Assembly: GCA_965230295.1 (NCBI GenBank)
Contig: OZ246001.1
Coordinates: 192,001-256,000, forward strand
Direction of reading: 5' to 3'
Source: Marinicella sp.
Lineage (GTDB): Bacteria; Pseudomonadota; Gammaproteobacteria; Xanthomonadales; Marinicellaceae
DNA: 64,000 nt
The first letter of the stretch is position 1. Every line of letters starts with the position of its first letter. The position numbers and the translations under genes were made by a program. Positions 63,604 to 64,000 of the stretch are shown one piece after another. Below the pieces are notes generated by a model that was given only the letters and a program-made list of their open reading frames with translations, made no database searches and had not been told where the DNA came from.

Positions 63604-63639
63604 AAAAAAGGAATCAGCGATCCCACTGATTCCTCTTTC
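63604..63639 (-). terminator. Terminator between rplT and pheS
   Basis: GGAATCAG...CTGATTCC stem plus U-tract on the minus strand. Confidence 0.7.
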
Positions 63640-63676
63640 AATCCAGACTTGACTGTGCCCTTGCGGGCGACAGGCT

Positions 63677-64000
63677 TTATGCCAGTGCTGCTTTGGCTTG
63701 CTCAACAACAGCAGCGAAACCTGCTTTGTCGTGTACAGCCATGTCAGCAAGAACTTTACGATCTAAAGAGATATCAGCTTTTTTCAAACCGTTGATAAAT
63801 CGTGAATAGCTCATGCCGTTGTTACGCGCACCTGCATTGATGCGAGTAATCCACAAAGCACGGAATGCTCTTTTTCTGGTTTTGCGGTCACGGTAAGCAT
63901 ATTGACCTGCTTTGATGACTGCTTGTTTGGCGACGCGGTAAATTTTACGACGTGCGTTGTAATAGCCCTTAGCTAATTTAAGGACTTTCTTATGTCTTTT
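63677..64000 (-). CDS. rplT: 50S ribosomal protein L20 (5' end truncated by the window edge)
   Basis: Manual translation KVLKLAKGY...[23 protein letters not shown]...[13 protein letters not shown]. Confidence 0.96.
   Translation of the reverse strand, partial: KRHKKVLKLAKGYYNARRKIYRVAKQAVIKAGQYAYRDRKTRKRAFRALWITRINAGARNNGMSYSRFINGLKKADISLDRKVLADMAVHDKAGFAAVVEQAKAALA

Noticed and set aside
63554-63676. pheM-type Phe leader peptide
   Set aside because: A terminator hairpin is present but no Phe-rich uORF lies between the rplT stop and the hairpin

Overview
Chromosomal window from a moderately AT-rich Gammaproteobacterium. Marinicella/Xanthomonadales-like is inferred from gene content and the C-terminal IFxDxFD motifs. 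It holds about 60 CDS: a yjfI-pspA-yqiJ-yqiK envelope-stress operon, two two-component systems, several secreted beta-helix proteins, frmA-fghA, msrA, pruA, mdh, and the rplT-pheS-pheT-ihfA-merR-tRNA-Pro(GGG) core block. The most striking feature is a ~2.7 kb minus-strand unit at 25175-27875. It reads: stable-RNA-type sigma70 promoter, 32-aa leader peptide with alternative hairpins and a terminator (attenuator), two abutting non-canonical tRNA-like elements, ~930 nt of ORF-free GNRA-rich structured RNA in two modules with a shared 3' domain, then an SPFH/slipin gene. That 3' domain also ends a dispersed, modular ~500 bp non-coding repeat. Other notable items: a 267-bp TA-flanked MITE splitting a DUF3667 gene, three ANGGA-rich hairpins matching the pspA 3' end, a secreted STDTGTGG-repeat protein beside a DUF6502-like gene, a tRNA-Pro att-like relic, a bacterial pepsin and a wHTH-TM-histidine phosphatase fusion. 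Family names come from motif recognition by eye; no database searches or folding programs were run.
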